This document shows, piece by piece, positions 62,661-64,000 of a DNA stretch of 64,000 nt. The notes beneath the pieces are model-generated. The model saw only the letters and a list, made by a program, of their open reading frames with translations, made no database searches and was not told the DNA's origin. Position 1 is the stretch's first letter; each line of letters opens with the position of its first letter. The stretch is taken from contig CAWFWU010000010.1 in the NCBI GenBank assembly GCA_963819605.1, forward strand, positions 101,710-165,709, read 5' to 3'. The stretch is from an uncultured Alphaproteobacteria bacterium (lineage in GTDB: Bacteria; Pseudomonadota; Alphaproteobacteria; Rhizobiales; Hyphomicrobiaceae). The position numbers and the translations under genes are program-made.

Positions 62661-63332
62661 CTAAAGCCGCCAGACGGCCGTTTTTTTGACCTCGGAATCT
62701 TCAAGTTCGCGGGAGACAGCCACTTGGTATTCGGCAACGGCCGAGAACCGGCCACGGGGAAAGTAGTTGCGCTCCGGATCGCCGATGAGGATCACTGCGC
62801 CAAGCTCGCTTGCAGCTTCAATGTAGGCCAACACGCGATCGGCAAGCTGGCGCTCGTAGAAAAGGTCGCCGACGAGCACGACGTCGAATAGGACCGGCGG
62901 CGTGGCCAGCAGATCCTCGGCTGTGATCTCAATGACGACTTTGTTTGTCGCCGCATTGAGCAGAACGGCAGCGAGTGCGAGATGATCAATGTCGGCGGCG
63001 ATGACGTCGCGTGCGCCGGCTCTCTTCGCGGCGATGGCCGTTAAGCCTGAGCCTGATCCCAAATCGAGGACGCGCTTTCCCCGGGTGAATTCGGGATTAT
63101 CGAGAATGTAGCGCGCCAACACCTGCCCGCCCGCCCAGGCGAAAGCCCAATAGGGCGGCGGCACATTGATTTGGCCGAGTTCGTCTTCGGTTTTTTGCCA
63201 GATGGGTACGGATTCGTCGGCGAGTTGCAGGACGATCTCAGGGACCAGTGGCGGCGCAATTGGACGTGTGTTGGCGCGGATGAAGGCGTTGACGGCTCGG
63301 GCGTCAGAGGTGTCCAGCCGGGGAGCGCTCAT
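62661..63332 (-). CDS. Class I SAM methyltransferase (ETFB-lysine methyltransferase/Methyltransf_16-like)
   Basis: PPPYWAFAWAGGQVLARY, VLDLGSGSG, GDLFYE, IGDPER; ATGA overlap with the EVE gene. Confidence 0.88.
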   Translation of the reverse strand: MSAPRLDTSDARAVNAFIRANTRPIAPPLVPEIVLQLADESVPIWQKTEDELGQINVPPPYWAFAWAGGQVLARYILDNPEFTRGKRVLDLGSGSGLTAIAAKRAGARDVIAADIDHLALAAVLLNAATNKVVIEITAEDLLATPPVLFDVVLVGDLFYERQLADRVLAYIEAASELGAVILIGDPERNYFPRGRFSAVAEYQVAVSRELEDSEVKKTAVWRL

Positions 63333-63805
63333 CTCGCGCGGAGCTTTTTGAGGTCCAGCCCGCCCATGCCGCAGACCTCGGCCCATTCGTCCGCCGTCAC
63401 AGGCTGCACCGAAAGCCGCGAGTTTTTCACCAGGACCATATTCGCCAATCGCTCGTTGAGCTTGATCGCGTCGAGCGTAACAGGTTTCGGCATCGCCGCC
63501 ACGGCTTTGACGTCCACGCACTCCCATGTCCCGGTCTCGGCAGTTGGATCGGGATGAGCGAGGGTGGTGACTTCGCAAATGCCGGCGACTTCCTTGCCGA
63601 TGTTGGAGTGGTAGAAAAATCCGAGATCGCCGATCTTCATAGCCCGCATGTTGTTGCGCGCTTGATAGTTGCGAACGCCCGACCAGGGTTCGCCGTTCGC
63701 GCCTTTGGCGTGCAGCATGTCCCAGGAGAAAACATCGGGTTCGGATTTGAGCAGCCAGTATTGGGGTGAAGCGGCAAGCAGCGAACTTTTCGGCTTAGTG
63801 GCCAT
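63329..63805 (-). CDS. EVE domain protein
   Basis: [37 protein letters not shown]. Confidence 0.93.
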   Translation of the reverse strand: MATKPKSSLLAASPQYWLLKSEPDVFSWDMLHAKGANGEPWSGVRNYQARNNMRAMKIGDLGFFYHSNIGKEVAGICEVTTLAHPDPTAETGTWECVDVKAVAAMPKPVTLDAIKLNERLANMVLVKNSRLSVQPVTADEWAEVCGMGGLDLKKLRAR

Positions 63806-63916
63806 TGTTTCCCTTTTTCGCACGCCTTCCCTAACGCCCAGCCGCGACAGCCTACGGCGCTTCCGGCCGGCTCGAGGAACGAGAGTCGGAAGCGCCCAAC
63901 AAAAGAGCGCGAAGGC

Positions 63917-63992
<76 letters not shown>

Positions 63993-64000
63993 ATTAGCGG

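Overview
Alphaproteobacterial chromosome segment. The gene set and order (mutS-glnD-murJ-trpS-usp; purH-heparinase-like-rsmB-htpX-DUF1674; EVE-methyltransferase-DUF1761-acs) are Hyphomicrobiales-like; the taxonomic placement is inference. Housekeeping genes occupy about 1-19 kb and 45-64 kb. Between them is a ~25.8 kb island integrated in the 3' half of tRNA-Gly(GCC), bounded by an exact 42-bp direct repeat (19112-19153 / 44885-44926). The island looks like a grounded plasmid or mobilisable element. Its integrase is truncated. Relaxase, parA, repA and resolvase each carry in-frame stops, while VirD4-like coupling protein, iterons, five complete toxin-antitoxin-type pairs and a ~12 kb same-strand cargo cluster are intact, apart from one small cargo ORF with an in-frame stop. 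That cluster is the best candidate for an undescribed system. It encodes a metallophosphoesterase-caspase-membrane fusion, a second membrane-bound metallophosphoesterase, two tandem cholesterol-oxidase-like GMC flavoproteins (one fused to an unnamed domain and a Cys-nucleophile alpha/beta hydrolase) and a SAM methyltransferase. Outside the island there are two REP-like palindromes, an olsB-like gene with about five frameshifts, a frameshifted extensin-like gene and several unexplained secreted proteins. No CRISPR array was seen. All functional calls come from reading motifs by eye, with no database search.
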